Assembly: GCA_965214785.1 (NCBI GenBank)
Contig: OZ243975.1
Span: 2,160,593 to 2,224,592 of the forward strand
Length of the DNA stretch: 64,000 nucleotides
Source: Arenicellales bacterium
GTDB taxonomy: Bacteria > Pseudomonadota > Gammaproteobacteria > Arenicellales > JAJDZL01
Direction of reading: 5' to 3'
This document shows, piece after piece, positions 1 to 12,104 of the stretch. The number at the start of each line of letters is the position of its first letter. Within the stretch, counting starts at the first letter, position 1. The notes below the pieces were generated by a model. It ran no database searches. It saw nothing but the letters and a program-made list of their open reading frames with translations, and was not told the origin of the DNA. A program made the position numbers and the translations under genes.

Positions 1-2292
<2,292 letters not shown>

Positions 2293-2401
2293 TCTGCACT
2301 TCACCCATAGAACCGAACGATTTCATCGCATCGGGTTCACACTATCAACTACACAAGACGGTCAATGCCGATACTTGGCTGTCTGGCGTGACCTGAAACG
2401 G

Positions 2402-2779
2402 TTAATGCATTACGTCTGCAGCACTTAAAACAAAAGGAGCGATTTTTGCCTCAAACTCAATGCCGTCGTCAGCAACCATTTGGTAACTTCCGTGCATCGT
2501 CCCAACCGGAGTTCCCAGATGAGTGCCGCTGGTATACTGATATGAAGCTCCAGGACTGAGGTGGGGCTGTTCGCCGACAACGCCTTCTCCGCTTACCTGC
2601 TGGCTTTGATCGTTCGCATCAGTAATCACCCAGCGCCGCGTAATGAGCTGCGCGCCGACGGTCCCATCATTGATGATGGTGATCGCATAAGCGAAGACAT
2701 AAGTGTGATCTGAGGGGCTGGACTGGTCGGGTAGATACAGCGTGCTTACCTCAACGCGAATGCAGTATTTATCACTCAT
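2402..2779 (-). CDS. apaG: ApaG (DUF525) protein
   Basis: 125 aa with the ApaG pattern ..YVFAYAITIINDG..QLITRRWVITDAN..VSGEGVVGEQPHLSPG..YQYTSG. Confidence 0.9.
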   Translation of the reverse strand: MSDKYCIRVEVSTLYLPDQSSPSDHTYVFAYAITIINDGTVGAQLITRRWVITDANDQSQQVSGEGVVGEQPHLSPGASYQYTSGTHLGTPVGTMHGSYQMVADDGIEFEAKIAPFVLSAADVMH

Positions 2780-2998
2780 AAAAACAATCAGTTATTGTAA
2801 AAAAATATAACGGTATTGTGGATCCGTTCGATGTTCAAACCATGTATCGCCTGACGACCATGCACCGTGTTCAGGCCTGTGCAAGAAAATTGAAGTTATA
2901 TAACAAAGGTCGTTGAATATTTCAGATCGAATCGGTTGTAAACGAAAAATATGCGGCATCGCTGACTCGCATTTCAATAAAGAATTAACTCGATATGA

Positions 2999-3832
2999 TC
3001 AAGCCGATTTTTTTTGCAAGCGCACAGATTTGACTTGCGTGATCTTAAATGGCTGACTGTCGAGATTCGCAGCACTGAGGCTTCGCCCCCAGTAACAACC
3101 AGAATCCATAGCTAAAATTCCGGGTTGAATATGGACCCCGAGTGATGACCAGTGGCCGAATACAATTGTCGGCTCAACAGGAACTCTCCCCGGGTAGTCG
3201 AACCACGGTTTGAGCTTTTTGCGCTGTTCTCCCAGAGTGCGCATTTCTACGAAATCCAGTTTCCCCTTTCTGTTGATATAACGCATGCGGGTAAATGCGT
3301 TTACAAAAAATCGCACCCTGTCCCAGTTGCTGTGGGATTGTGACCATTTACGCGGTTTGTTGCCAAACATGTTTTTCAGAAATTCACGACGGCACTTGCC
3401 TTGCAACAGCGCTTCGACCTCTCGTGCATATTCAAGCGCCTCATCAAGTGACCACAATGGAAAAATTCCAGCATGAACCGCCAGAATATTCAACTCAGGC
3501 TCATAAATGATCAGTGGCTGGCGGCGCAACCACTTTTTGATTTGCTTGCGATCCGGCGCTTTGAGAACATCATCAAAGGTGTCGTGACTGCGCGCCAGAC
3601 CGGGATCTTCAAGTGCCGCGATTAAGTAAAGATCGTGGTTTCCTAAAACAACATCGACACAAGAACGATGGTTCATCGCAAACCGGATAACCGAAAGGGA
3701 ATCAGGACCGCGGTTGACCAGATCGCCTAATAAAATAAGCCGATCGCGATCAGGGCAAAACTCGATTTTCTCCAGCAGCTGACACAACTCCTTGTAACAG
3801 CCCTGAATATCGCCAACTGCATACGTTGCCAT
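2999..3832 (-). CDS. apaH: Bis(5'-nucleosyl)-tetraphosphatase, symmetrical
   Basis: 277 aa with metallophosphoesterase motifs: YAVGDIQGC, LGDLVNRGPDS, GNHD, FGHW. Confidence 0.9.
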   Translation of the reverse strand: MATYAVGDIQGCYKELCQLLEKIEFCPDRDRLILLGDLVNRGPDSLSVIRFAMNHRSCVDVVLGNHDLYLIAALEDPGLARSHDTFDDVLKAPDRKQIKKWLRRQPLIIYEPELNILAVHAGIFPLWSLDEALEYAREVEALLQGKCRREFLKNMFGNKPRKWSQSHSNWDRVRFFVNAFTRMRYINRKGKLDFVEMRTLGEQRKKLKPWFDYPGRVPVEPTIVFGHWSSLGVHIQPGILAMDSGCYWGRSLSAANLDSQPFKITQVKSVRLQKKSA

Positions 3833-3870
3833 GGAACTTCGGTTCGAAAGATTGACTGAAAGGTGTTTTG

Positions 3871-4581
3871 TCAGTTGCAGATCGCGTTAAGCCTTGACTG
3901 GCGGTAGCTTTCTCGTACAAATATATATGGATCAGGCTGGTCTTCAAGCAAGTCGGTAAATGGCAGCAGCTTCGCTCTCGCATCCATCCACGAGAGGTTT
4001 TGAACAGCCAGCTGATGCTCGTCTTTTTTGATTCGCTTTACAACATAAGTTGTGCGGTTGTGAATTGCCGATCCCGTCAAATCCCGGGCATTGGAAGGCC
4101 CTACGAACGGAATAACGATATATGGCCCTTCGCCTACGCCCCAATGACCAGCGACTTGACCGAAATCAGTGCTTTCGTAGCTGACGCCTCCATAACCGGC
4201 AATGTCGATCAGGCCAGCGATGCCGATAGTTGAATTAACAACAAAACGAAACCCGGATGAGGCAGCGCCTTGCGCGTCAGCAATCATGACCGACGCGACA
4301 GTGTTGCGAGGTTCTTTGAGGTTGTTAAAGAAATTACTGATCGCTATCTGAACCGGGTCAGGCGTGTTTTCCCTGTACGACCTCGCGAAAGGTTCAATCA
4401 GCGCATCGTCTACTTGTTCATTAAAGTTGTAGATACCCCGGTTCATATTCTCGAAAGGGTCGTAAGTTTCAACATAATATTCCGGGTCAAGCGACTCGCA
4501 AAGATCGGGTGAATAGTTTTTCGCACACCCGCTTGCAACAATCATTAGCACACCAAGCACAGCGATCAACCTAGAATTCAT
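3871..4581 (-). CDS. mlaA: MlaA/VacJ family outer-membrane lipoprotein
   Basis: I moved the start from ORF-track 4767 to the ATG at 4581 (MNSRLIAVLGVLMIVASGC, signal peptide plus lipobox). The VacJ core is present: DPFENMNRGIYNFN and GPYIVIPFVGPSNARD. Confidence 0.85.
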   Translation of the reverse strand: MNSRLIAVLGVLMIVASGCAKNYSPDLCESLDPEYYVETYDPFENMNRGIYNFNEQVDDALIEPFARSYRENTPDPVQIAISNFFNNLKEPRNTVASVMIADAQGAASSGFRFVVNSTIGIAGLIDIAGYGGVSYESTDFGQVAGHWGVGEGPYIVIPFVGPSNARDLTGSAIHNRTTYVVKRIKKDEHQLAVQNLSWMDARAKLLPFTDLLEDQPDPYIFVRESYRQSRLNAICN

Positions 4582-4898
4582 GAGAAATCGCGGTCCATTG
4601 GGCCTATTGATTTGAACCAAACGCCTATTGCGAAGCCATAAAAACAATGAACCTGAAAAAAAACGGTTTAGCCGAACCTGATACAATCGTAAACAAGCCA
4701 TATTAGAGTAGAAAAATTGTAGTAAATACAGACCTGATATCATGCAATGTCTGCGATAGACACTCAACTCACAGCGGCGCGCTTGAATTCAGCGTGTTGT
4801 CAAAATTCATAGGCAACAGTTAACATTCAGACACTGGAACTTTTAAGGTTGCGCGACCAGCAAAGGAATCAACCCACATTATACCAGCCGATAATTTC

Positions 4899-5780
4899 AT
4901 GAAGTCTTGTTGTAGTTGTTTTATTGAACGAATTTTCCCTATCGTTCAATTCCTGTTGCTAATGGCTGTCCCTGCGACCGGTTTGTCCAGTGACTCTGCC
5001 AGCATCGAAAATAACGCAGTGGTAATATTTAAAGCGTTTACCAAGAACAACTCGTTCGATGCCGCTGAGATTGATGTTGATGCGGCCAATGCTACTGCCG
5101 TGCAGGATTACTACATCGCGCTGCTGCGGCCCACTTGGGGGATGGACGTTGGATACGCTTCGTCTTCGATGGTTGACACCGATCAGTTGGCGCCTGTGCC
5201 AACCGCGATTTTATTAGAGAATATGTTCACCGGCACCCGGGCAGTCATCAGCCGCAGTTTTGGTGTTCAAATGCATGCCGCAGCCGAAATTCTGGTGCGT
5301 GTTGGCTCCGATGAACTGAATCATGCAACCTCCCGAGAACAGGCACTCGCGTCGATCAAGACAGTCATACCCGGCGTTCGGCTGTCTGATGCACTTGTTG
5401 ACAATGCGACCGCAAACAACGATTCGCTGGTGCGGGCGACCAATTTGAATGTCCGGTTCTGCGTGATGGGTGCAGAAATTGAATTGACAAATGCTCAAAG
5501 CGAGATTGAGGCTCTGGCGGATTTTTCCGTGACAATGCTCGATCAGGAACAAAACGAAATCGCATTTTCCTCAGCCGCTAATCATCCACATATCTTAGAC
5601 GCCGTGTTGCAGACAAAAGATGCGTTGCAACTTCGAGGAATCGATCTGATTGCCGGCGATATTCTCGCGCTCGGTCCACTGACCGAATCGTTCGCGGTAG
5701 AAGACTTAAGCCGCTTGCGGGCGGTGTTCCAAGGCCTGGACAAAGATCAGGATGTATTCGTCTATATGGGGTTTCAATAG
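4899..5780 (+). CDS. Hypothetical exported protein with weak resemblance to the MhpD/XylJ-type hydratase-decarboxylase fold
   Basis: 293-aa ORF with a hydrophobic N-terminal signal-like segment. The middle region (..GYASSS..LLENMF.., ..AAAEILVRVGSDL..) loosely follows the 2-oxopent-4-enoate hydratase family pattern. The function is not established. Confidence 0.5.
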   Translation: MKSCCSCFIERIFPIVQFLLLMAVPATGLSSDSASIENNAVVIFKAFTKNNSFDAAEIDVDAANATAVQDYYIALLRPTWGMDVGYASSSMVDTDQLAPVPTAILLENMFTGTRAVISRSFGVQMHAAAEILVRVGSDELNHATSREQALASIKTVIPGVRLSDALVDNATANNDSLVRATNLNVRFCVMGAEIELTNAQSEIEALADFSVTMLDQEQNEIAFSSAANHPHILDAVLQTKDALQLRGIDLIAGDILALGPLTESFAVEDLSRLRAVFQGLDKDQDVFVYMGFQ

Positions 5781-5819
5781 CCGCTGCGTTGTCATCGACC
5801 AACGCGCACGCGTTTTACA

Positions 5820-6506
5820 GTGAACGCCAAAGGCCTGATCTTCGCACACGGACCGTGGTCTGCGGCGCACCTTGCGGTGTCTGAAGATGCCGGGTTTTGT
5901 CCTCCATTGACCGATACACCAAGAGTGCTTTGTACTGTTTCAACGATGACGGGCGCGGGTATCGAAAAAATTCTCATTACAGTAACGCCCGAGTCGTTTC
6001 ACCCGCTTCGCGATGCAGTGCGCAGTGACTTTGGAGATGGTGTTCAGGTTTCTTACCTGTTGAGCGAAAAAAATTCATCTTTGATCTGGCTCATTGCGCA
6101 ATCGAATGAATTTATCGCTCAGTCGAAAGTGTTGGTGATGACAGCCGGTACCTGTTGCGTAAAACAACACTCAATCAAAAAGCTGCAAGATTCTGTCGGA
6201 CGATGCCGCGGCACACTTGCAATTCGCATGCAAAATGCCTGCACTGGCGAAATGACGGGCTGCGATACAGCCTGTGTGATGGATGCAAAATCGCAAAAAC
6301 AGCTGCGACAAGACCTGACCGCGCTTAGAGTGCCAAAAACGCTTACGCAGTTAGCTGATCAGTTAAGCGAATATCCGAACTTTTCGAGAACAAACCTCGG
6401 ACACGAAGCGCTCTTTGTCGATCTAATGCAAGACAAACTGTCAGCGAACAGCGTTGTTGACAGCCATCAGATCTTCGAAACTTTTACCCGCAGCGCTGCC
6501 GTTTAG
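5820..6506 (+). CDS. Nucleotidyltransferase (RmlA/GlmU N-terminal fold)-like protein with a degenerate active-site loop
   Basis: GTG start, 228 aa. It is colinear with glucose-1-phosphate thymidylyltransferases (KGLIF.., ..GAGIEKILITVTPES.., ..FGDGVQVSYLL.., ..NEFIAQSKVLVM..). The G-G-x-G-T-R-L loop is replaced by AHGPWSAAHL. Confidence 0.5.
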   Translation: MNAKGLIFAHGPWSAAHLAVSEDAGFCPPLTDTPRVLCTVSTMTGAGIEKILITVTPESFHPLRDAVRSDFGDGVQVSYLLSEKNSSLIWLIAQSNEFIAQSKVLVMTAGTCCVKQHSIKKLQDSVGRCRGTLAIRMQNACTGEMTGCDTACVMDAKSQKQLRQDLTALRVPKTLTQLADQLSEYPNFSRTNLGHEALFVDLMQDKLSANSVVDSHQIFETFTRSAAV

Positions 6507-6531
6507 GATCTGCCACAATTTTGCCGGCATT

Positions 6532-9468
6532 TCAGTCCTCTTCGTCCATCCAATCTGTAATAGGTGGGCAGCTGCAGACTACGTTTCGGTCGCCATATAC
6601 ATTGTCGATACGGCTGACAGGCGGCCAGTATTTGTCTTGCCAAATCCATGGCAGCGGAAAAAACGCTTCCTGTCGGGTATACGGCAAATCCCACTGATCA
6701 TCAATCAGCAAATCAAATGTATGCGGGGCGTTGGTAATCGGATTGTTCTCACGGTCGGATTCGCCGGATTCAATTTTTGCAATCTCCTTGCGAATTTGGA
6801 TCATCGCGTCGCAATACCGGTCAATTTCTCGCATAGCCTCACTTTCAGTAGGTTCTATCATCATCGTGTCGGCAACCGGAAACGACACCGTCGGGGCGTG
6901 AAAGCCAAAGTCAATCAGTCGCTTTGCCACATCTTCTACGGTGACACCAGTAGCAACTCGGATTTGACGCATGTCGATAATGCACTCATGGGCTACACGG
7001 CCGTTTTGACCTTTGTACAGAATCGGGTAATACTTCTCCAGCCTGCTGGCCATATAGTTCGCGTTCAAGATTGCGATTTCGGTCGCATAGCGCAAGCCTT
7101 CAGCGCCCATCAGCGAAATATATGCCCAAGAAATCGGCAAAATGCCTGCTGACCCCCACGGAGCTGCCGACACGCTGCCGACAGTGGGTTGCTTGCCGGC
7201 GTATGGGTTGACGCCTTCCACCACACAGTGATCAGGTAAATATGGTGCCAGGTGGGTGCGCACACCGATTGGACCCATCCCAGGCCCGCCACCGCCATGC
7301 GGTATGCAAAACGTCTTGTGCAGATTGATGTGTGCGACATCTGCGCCTATTTCAGCAGGTTTGCACAGGCCCACCATCGCGTTCATGTTTGCTCCGTCAA
7401 GATACACCTGCCCGCCGTACTGATGAACCAGGTCACAGATATCAAAAATCCGTTCTTCAAATACACCGTGTGTTGACGGATAAGTAATCATCAGTGCCGC
7501 TACGTCATCGCTGTGTTTTTTTAACTTAACCTCCAAATCGTCAACATCTACGTTGCCTTGGTCATCACAGCTGACTACCACAACCTTCATGCCGGCCAGC
7601 GCTGCGCTGGCTGGGTTTGTGCCGTGGGCCGAGCGCGGAATCAGGCATACATCGCGATTTCCCTGTCCCTGGGATGTGAGGTATTGTTTGATGCAAAGAA
7701 GTCCGGCGTATTCACCCTGTGAACCGGCATTGGGTTGGAATGAAATCGCGTCAAATCCAGTAATCTCACAAAGCATCTGCTCAAGCTCTTCAACCAACTG
7801 GTGATACCCTTGCGTCTGGTCAAGCGGCGCGAAGGGGTGAATGGCACTGAATTTGTGAAATGTTACCGGCGTCATTTCTGTGGTTGAATTCAGTTTCATT
7901 GTGCACGACCCAAGAGGGATCATCGAGCGGTTCAGTGCGATGTCTTTTTGGCCCAGCTGGCGGATATAACGAAGCATCAGCGTTTCTGAGTGATACAGGC
8001 TGAAAGTCGGATGCGTCATGTAGGCGCTGGTACGCTGCAAGTTTTCAGGGATGACCGTGTCCAGACACCGATCCAGTTCGTCAATCGTGAACTTCTTGTT
8101 GGCATGGGTGTCAAAAATCGCCCACAGCCGCTCAAGATGAACGCGTTTGGTTGTTTCATCGAGAGAAATTCCAAGATGGTCGGCATCGACAACTCGCAGG
8201 TTGATTCTTGATTCCCGGGCGCGGGCGGCAATCCTGCGAGCCTGACCATCCGCGTTGATCGTCAGCGTGTCGAAATAAACATCGTGCAATACCTTGTATC
8301 CCAGACGTCTTAAACCTTCTGCAGTAATCAGCGTAAATCGGTGAACCCTCGACGCAATATCTTTTAAGCCGTCGGGACCGTGATAAACCGCGTAGAACGC
8401 AGCGACAATCGCAAGCAATACTTGCGCAGTGCAGATATTGCTGGTAGCCTTGTCTCGACGGATATGCTGCTCTCTTGTCTGCAGCGCCATACGCAAGGCA
8501 GGCCTTCCTTTCGAATCAACCGATACGCCTATCAAACGTCCAGGCAAGGTGCGTCTGTACTCATGGCGAGTGGCTAAAAAAGCAGCGTGCGGTCCGCCAT
8601 AGGCCATCGGCACGCCAAAGCGTTGTGAGTTTCCGATAACGATATCTGCACCAAACTCACCAGGGGGCTTTAGAAGGCAAAGCGCCAGTGGGTCGGTTGC
8701 GACCGTTACAATCGCCTTTTTACTGTGCGCGTTTTCTACCAGATGGGAGATGTCGACGACCTGTCCGCTCGACCCAGGATACTGGATCAAAATGCCAAAA
8801 CAATCTTCATGCTCCTCAAGCAAAGATGCCATGTTACCGATGGATATTTCAAACCCCAATGAGTTCGCGCGGGTTTGGACAACAGCGATAGTTTGCGGGT
8901 GGCAGTCGTTGGAAACCAGAAACTTGTTTGACTTGCTTTTAGATACGCGTTTGGACATCGCCATCGCTTCTGCCGCTGCGGTGGCTTCATCCAGCAAAGA
9001 GGCGTTGGCCAGTTCCATGCCGGTTAAGTCTGTCAACATTTCCTGGAAAATCACAAGTGCCTCGAGCCGTCCCTGACTGACTTCAGCCTGATACGGTGTG
9101 TACGCAGTGTACCAACCCGGGTCCTCGAAAATATTTCTGCGTATAACGCCTGGCAGGACTGTTGCGTGATAACCCATTCCAATCATGGACGTGAACACGC
9201 TGTTTCTTTCGCGCATTCGGCGTATATAGCTGATGGTTTCGTTTTCACCTGCCGGATAGGGTAAATCGAGCGGCTTGTCAGTAACAAGTCGCTTGGGAAC
9301 AGTCTGGTCAATCAGCTCGTTCAGTGACGAAAGCCCCAGTTCTTTGAGCATCATTTCGACTTGTTCGGGCCCAGGTCCAATGTGTCGCCGAACGAAGTCG
9401 TTGTGGTTTTCGTGTGCGGTTAAAAGCGTGTTCTGACTGGCGTTGGGAATTGTTGAATTGAAAGTCAT
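6532..9468 (-). CDS. gcvP: Glycine dehydrogenase (decarboxylating), single-chain P protein
   Basis: 978 aa. N-terminus ..DFVRRHIGP..; PLP-lysine region NLHKTFCIPHGGGGPG. It lies downstream of gcvT-gcvH. Confidence 0.97.
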   Translation of the reverse strand: MTFNSTIPNASQNTLLTAHENHNDFVRRHIGPGPEQVEMMLKELGLSSLNELIDQTVPKRLVTDKPLDLPYPAGENETISYIRRMRERNSVFTSMIGMGYHATVLPGVIRRNIFEDPGWYTAYTPYQAEVSQGRLEALVIFQEMLTDLTGMELANASLLDEATAAAEAMAMSKRVSKSKSNKFLVSNDCHPQTIAVVQTRANSLGFEISIGNMASLLEEHEDCFGILIQYPGSSGQVVDISHLVENAHSKKAIVTVATDPLALCLLKPPGEFGADIVIGNSQRFGVPMAYGGPHAAFLATRHEYRRTLPGRLIGVSVDSKGRPALRMALQTREQHIRRDKATSNICTAQVLLAIVAAFYAVYHGPDGLKDIASRVHRFTLITAEGLRRLGYKVLHDVYFDTLTINADGQARRIAARARESRINLRVVDADHLGISLDETTKRVHLERLWAIFDTHANKKFTIDELDRCLDTVIPENLQRTSAYMTHPTFSLYHSETLMLRYIRQLGQKDIALNRSMIPLGSCTMKLNSTTEMTPVTFHKFSAIHPFAPLDQTQGYHQLVEELEQMLCEITGFDAISFQPNAGSQGEYAGLLCIKQYLTSQGQGNRDVCLIPRSAHGTNPASAALAGMKVVVVSCDDQGNVDVDDLEVKLKKHSDDVAALMITYPSTHGVFEERIFDICDLVHQYGGQVYLDGANMNAMVGLCKPAEIGADVAHINLHKTFCIPHGGGGPGMGPIGVRTHLAPYLPDHCVVEGVNPYAGKQPTVGSVSAAPWGSAGILPISWAYISLMGAEGLRYATEIAILNANYMASRLEKYYPILYKGQNGRVAHECIIDMRQIRVATGVTVEDVAKRLIDFGFHAPTVSFPVADTMMIEPTESEAMREIDRYCDAMIQIRKEIAKIESGESDRENNPITNAPHTFDLLIDDQWDLPYTRQEAFFPLPWIWQDKYWPPVSRIDNVYGDRNVVCSCPPITDWMDEED

Positions 9469-9488
9469 GGGTCGGTTCGCTCAGTTGT

Positions 9489-9869
9489 TCATTCAAGACC
9501 AGAGATGTATTCGCTGTACTCGTCCTCACTCATCAAACTGCTGAACTCAGACGGTTCGGTCAGTTCAAGTTTGCAGAACCAGCCGTCTCCTTCGGGACTG
9601 TTATTGACCGTTTCCGGACTGACTTCGAGCGTATCGTTGACTTGTGCAACTTCGCCCGATACCGGTGTTTTCAACCCCTCGGCCGCTTTGACCGATTCGA
9701 TGACAGCGATTTCCTCGCCGGCATTGAATTCATCTCCTTGGCCAGGCAGGTCGACGAATACGATGTCGCCCAATTCTTTCTGGGCATAGTCGGTAATTCC
9801 AATTGTGACCGTGTCATCTTCTTCCTTTCTGACCCATTCATGGTCTTTTGAGTAACGTGTTTCAGACAT
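9489..9869 (-). CDS. gcvH: Glycine cleavage system H protein
   Basis: I moved the start to the ATG at 9869 (MSETRYSKDHEWV..), which has AGGGGAAA upstream. The lipoyl-lysine motif IESVKAAE is present. Confidence 0.95.
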   Translation of the reverse strand: MSETRYSKDHEWVRKEEDDTVTIGITDYAQKELGDIVFVDLPGQGDEFNAGEEIAVIESVKAAEGLKTPVSGEVAQVNDTLEVSPETVNNSPEGDGWFCKLELTEPSEFSSLMSEDEYSEYISGLE

Positions 9870-9879
9870 ATTATTTCCC

Positions 9880-11004
9880 CTATGTGTGAGATTGCAATTT
9901 GACGTGATAATGATATCGATGCGGTACAAATGGAAGCCGTACGACGACGGCCGCATTCAACTTGCCGCGAATCGAGACGCATACAGACTGTCCAGCTTTG
10001 CCGAAATCGCGGTCGATATATCCCATTGCTATCGGTGTTTTTAATGTTGGTGAAATCAACCCGCTGGTCACCTGTCCGATTACTTGTCCGTCTTGCAGAC
10101 AGATTTCGGTGCCGTTTCTGGCAGGAGCCTTGGACTCGATGCGCAAACCTACAAAGCGGCGGTCAACGCCGTTGGCAAGCTGTTCAAAAATGACACTCTC
10201 ACCCAAAAACCCACCGGCGCGTGCGCCGTTGGCGCGCCTTGATTTTGAGATGGTCCATTGAATGCCCGCTTCGACCGGCGTGGTTTGTTCACTCATGTCC
10301 TGACCGTACAGGCGAAGTCCTGCTTCAAGACGCAGTGAATCTCTAGCGCCAAGTCCAGCAGGTTTTACTTCGGGCTGTTCAAGCAGTACCTTTGCCAGTT
10401 TCATGGCCGATTCGGCTGGCATCGAAATTTCAAATCCGTCTTCTCCAGTATACCCGGAGCGGCTGACAAAACAGGGCACTCCACTGAGTTCGAAATCAGA
10501 TATCGTCATGAAATCCAATTCACAGATTTTAGGGTGGAACCGGTTGAGAACTTCGACCGCCATCGGACCTTGTAAGGCAATCAGCGCGTTTTCATCATGT
10601 TCGATTACCACAGCATCATCAAGGTGGCTGCGAAGATGCTGCAAGTCATGGGCTTTGCGCGCAGCGTTGAGCACAACAAAATAGTCTTTGCCCAGGTGAG
10701 CGATAATCAGGTCATCGATAATTCCACCTTGCTCGTTGGTCAAACAGCAGTAGTGCATTTTGTTGTCGTCAAGCGCCGCCAGATCGGTCGGCACCAGTCG
10801 TTCCAGTGACCGGGCAGGGTTGTCACCACCGATGCTGGCTTGACCCATATGCGATATATCGAACAGACTGGCTTCATTACGCGTATGTTGATGCTCGGCA
10901 AGCGTTTTTTCCGCATACCAAAGCGGCATCTCGTACCCGGCAAACGAGCCCATACGCGCCCCGAGCTCGACATGCAAATCATGTAACGGACTGCGAAGTG
11001 TCAT
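9880..11004 (-). CDS. gcvT: Aminomethyltransferase (glycine cleavage T protein)
   Basis: I moved the start to the ATG at 11004 (MTLRSPLHDLHVELGARM..). Motifs FDISHMGQ and GYTGEDGFEISMP are present. Confidence 0.95.
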   Translation of the reverse strand: MTLRSPLHDLHVELGARMGSFAGYEMPLWYAEKTLAEHQHTRNEASLFDISHMGQASIGGDNPARSLERLVPTDLAALDDNKMHYCCLTNEQGGIIDDLIIAHLGKDYFVVLNAARKAHDLQHLRSHLDDAVVIEHDENALIALQGPMAVEVLNRFHPKICELDFMTISDFELSGVPCFVSRSGYTGEDGFEISMPAESAMKLAKVLLEQPEVKPAGLGARDSLRLEAGLRLYGQDMSEQTTPVEAGIQWTISKSRRANGARAGGFLGESVIFEQLANGVDRRFVGLRIESKAPARNGTEICLQDGQVIGQVTSGLISPTLKTPIAMGYIDRDFGKAGQSVCVSIRGKLNAAVVVRLPFVPHRYHYHVKLQSHT

Positions 11005-11185
11005 CTTTGCCTTCGATTTATGTAATTCATAGTAACCATTTTTTGTTGTATTAGCCGCATTGACAGGCCTATTTGGGCTATTGCACACTTTTGCTAAAGC
11101 TTCAAACTGATAAAAACCCGCAGTGCTATGGGTGAAAAATTTTACAGCAAGATGTTAACGAACAATTCGAAATGTTGTCGTATGA

Positions 11186-11929
11186 TTAAGCGGGTTTGGC
11201 AGGCATGTCTGCAGCAATCTGTACAAGTCCCTGCAGTACCAGCTGCGGAAAAAGTTCGAACGAATATCGACTACGAGGCGACAGCCAGTTTGCATCGCCG
11301 CCTGTTAAAAACAGCATTGCATGTTCCCCTGCATAGCCAAGGTACCTGGACACCAGCGCGTCTACCGCGCCGGCGGTGCCGAATACAACGCCGCTTGAAA
11401 CCGCCTCAGAGGTAGACAGCGCAGGTAGCTGCGGCGTCAGTTCGTTGAGCTTGGCAATTTGCTCGGTATTTTGACCCAACGCACTGAGGCCAAGCGAAAA
11501 TCCTGGCAGGATTGACCCGCCGATGAAGGTTCCATTGTCACTGAGCGCGTCCACTGTAATGGCGGTTCCACAGTCTACAACCACACAAGCCTGGCGGTTG
11601 ATCGACCAGGCGCCAATGAGCGCAGCCCATCGGTCGGCTCCGAGCTCAGCAGGGCTGTAACTGGGGTTGTGTACTCCACATTGGGACTTCACAGGCGCTA
11701 CCGGCAAGGCTTCGACACCCCAGGTCGAAGCCGAGAATGCACAAAGACTGCGCACCGACTGATGCCCTTTAACACTGGTAAAAACCACCATTTCAATGTC
11801 GAGGAGATGGCCGAGATTGCGTGAAAGGTTCTCATCGAATTGTTCGGTGCATGACGCAAAACGACCGCATTTTTCCGCAGCCATCCATTTCACGTTTTGA
11901 TTTCCAATATCAACTACAAGGATCACCAC
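11186..11929 (-). CDS. coaX: Type III pantothenate kinase
   Basis: Conserved sequence begins at (V)VILVVDIGNQN.., preceded by cAGGAGaaaGTGGTG; start taken at GTG 11929 (11926 is the alternative). ..VVVDCGTAITVD.. and ..GGDA.. are typical of CoaX. The long upstream extension of the track ORF overlaps the AEC gene and has no similarity. Confidence 0.85.
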   Translation of the reverse strand: MVILVVDIGNQNVKWMAAEKCGRFASCTEQFDENLSRNLGHLLDIEMVVFTSVKGHQSVRSLCAFSASTWGVEALPVAPVKSQCGVHNPSYSPAELGADRWAALIGAWSINRQACVVVDCGTAITVDALSDNGTFIGGSILPGFSLGLSALGQNTEQIAKLNELTPQLPALSTSEAVSSGVVFGTAGAVDALVSRYLGYAGEHAMLFLTGGDANWLSPRSRYSFELFPQLVLQGLVQIAADMPAKPA

Positions 11930-12104
11930 TTTCTCCTGGCGCAAATCACGCGTACGCTGGCAGATCTGACTGTCAGGCGTGTAAAGCGATCGAACATGTG
12001 ACTGTTTGTACCTGCATGTGCGGCAAACAAAAACAAAATTGTAAAGGCATTGACAAGCAAAATAATTTTTTCTGTCGCGTAGGCTGGCAGATCTGACCTG
12101 GAAA

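Noticed and set aside
2792-2977. 61-aa ORF in the 219-bp spacer between apaH and apaG
   Set aside because: It has no ribosome-binding site and no similarity, and its composition is atypical. I treat the spacer as non-coding.
11005-11185. Possible glycine riboswitch in the leader upstream of gcvT
   Set aside because: I read the minus strand of the leader and found none of the conserved glycine-riboswitch core elements (GGAGAG .. CACCG .. GGGGCAA-type segments). The region is AT-rich and unstructured by eye, so regulation is more likely protein-mediated (GcvA type). A cmscan search would settle it.
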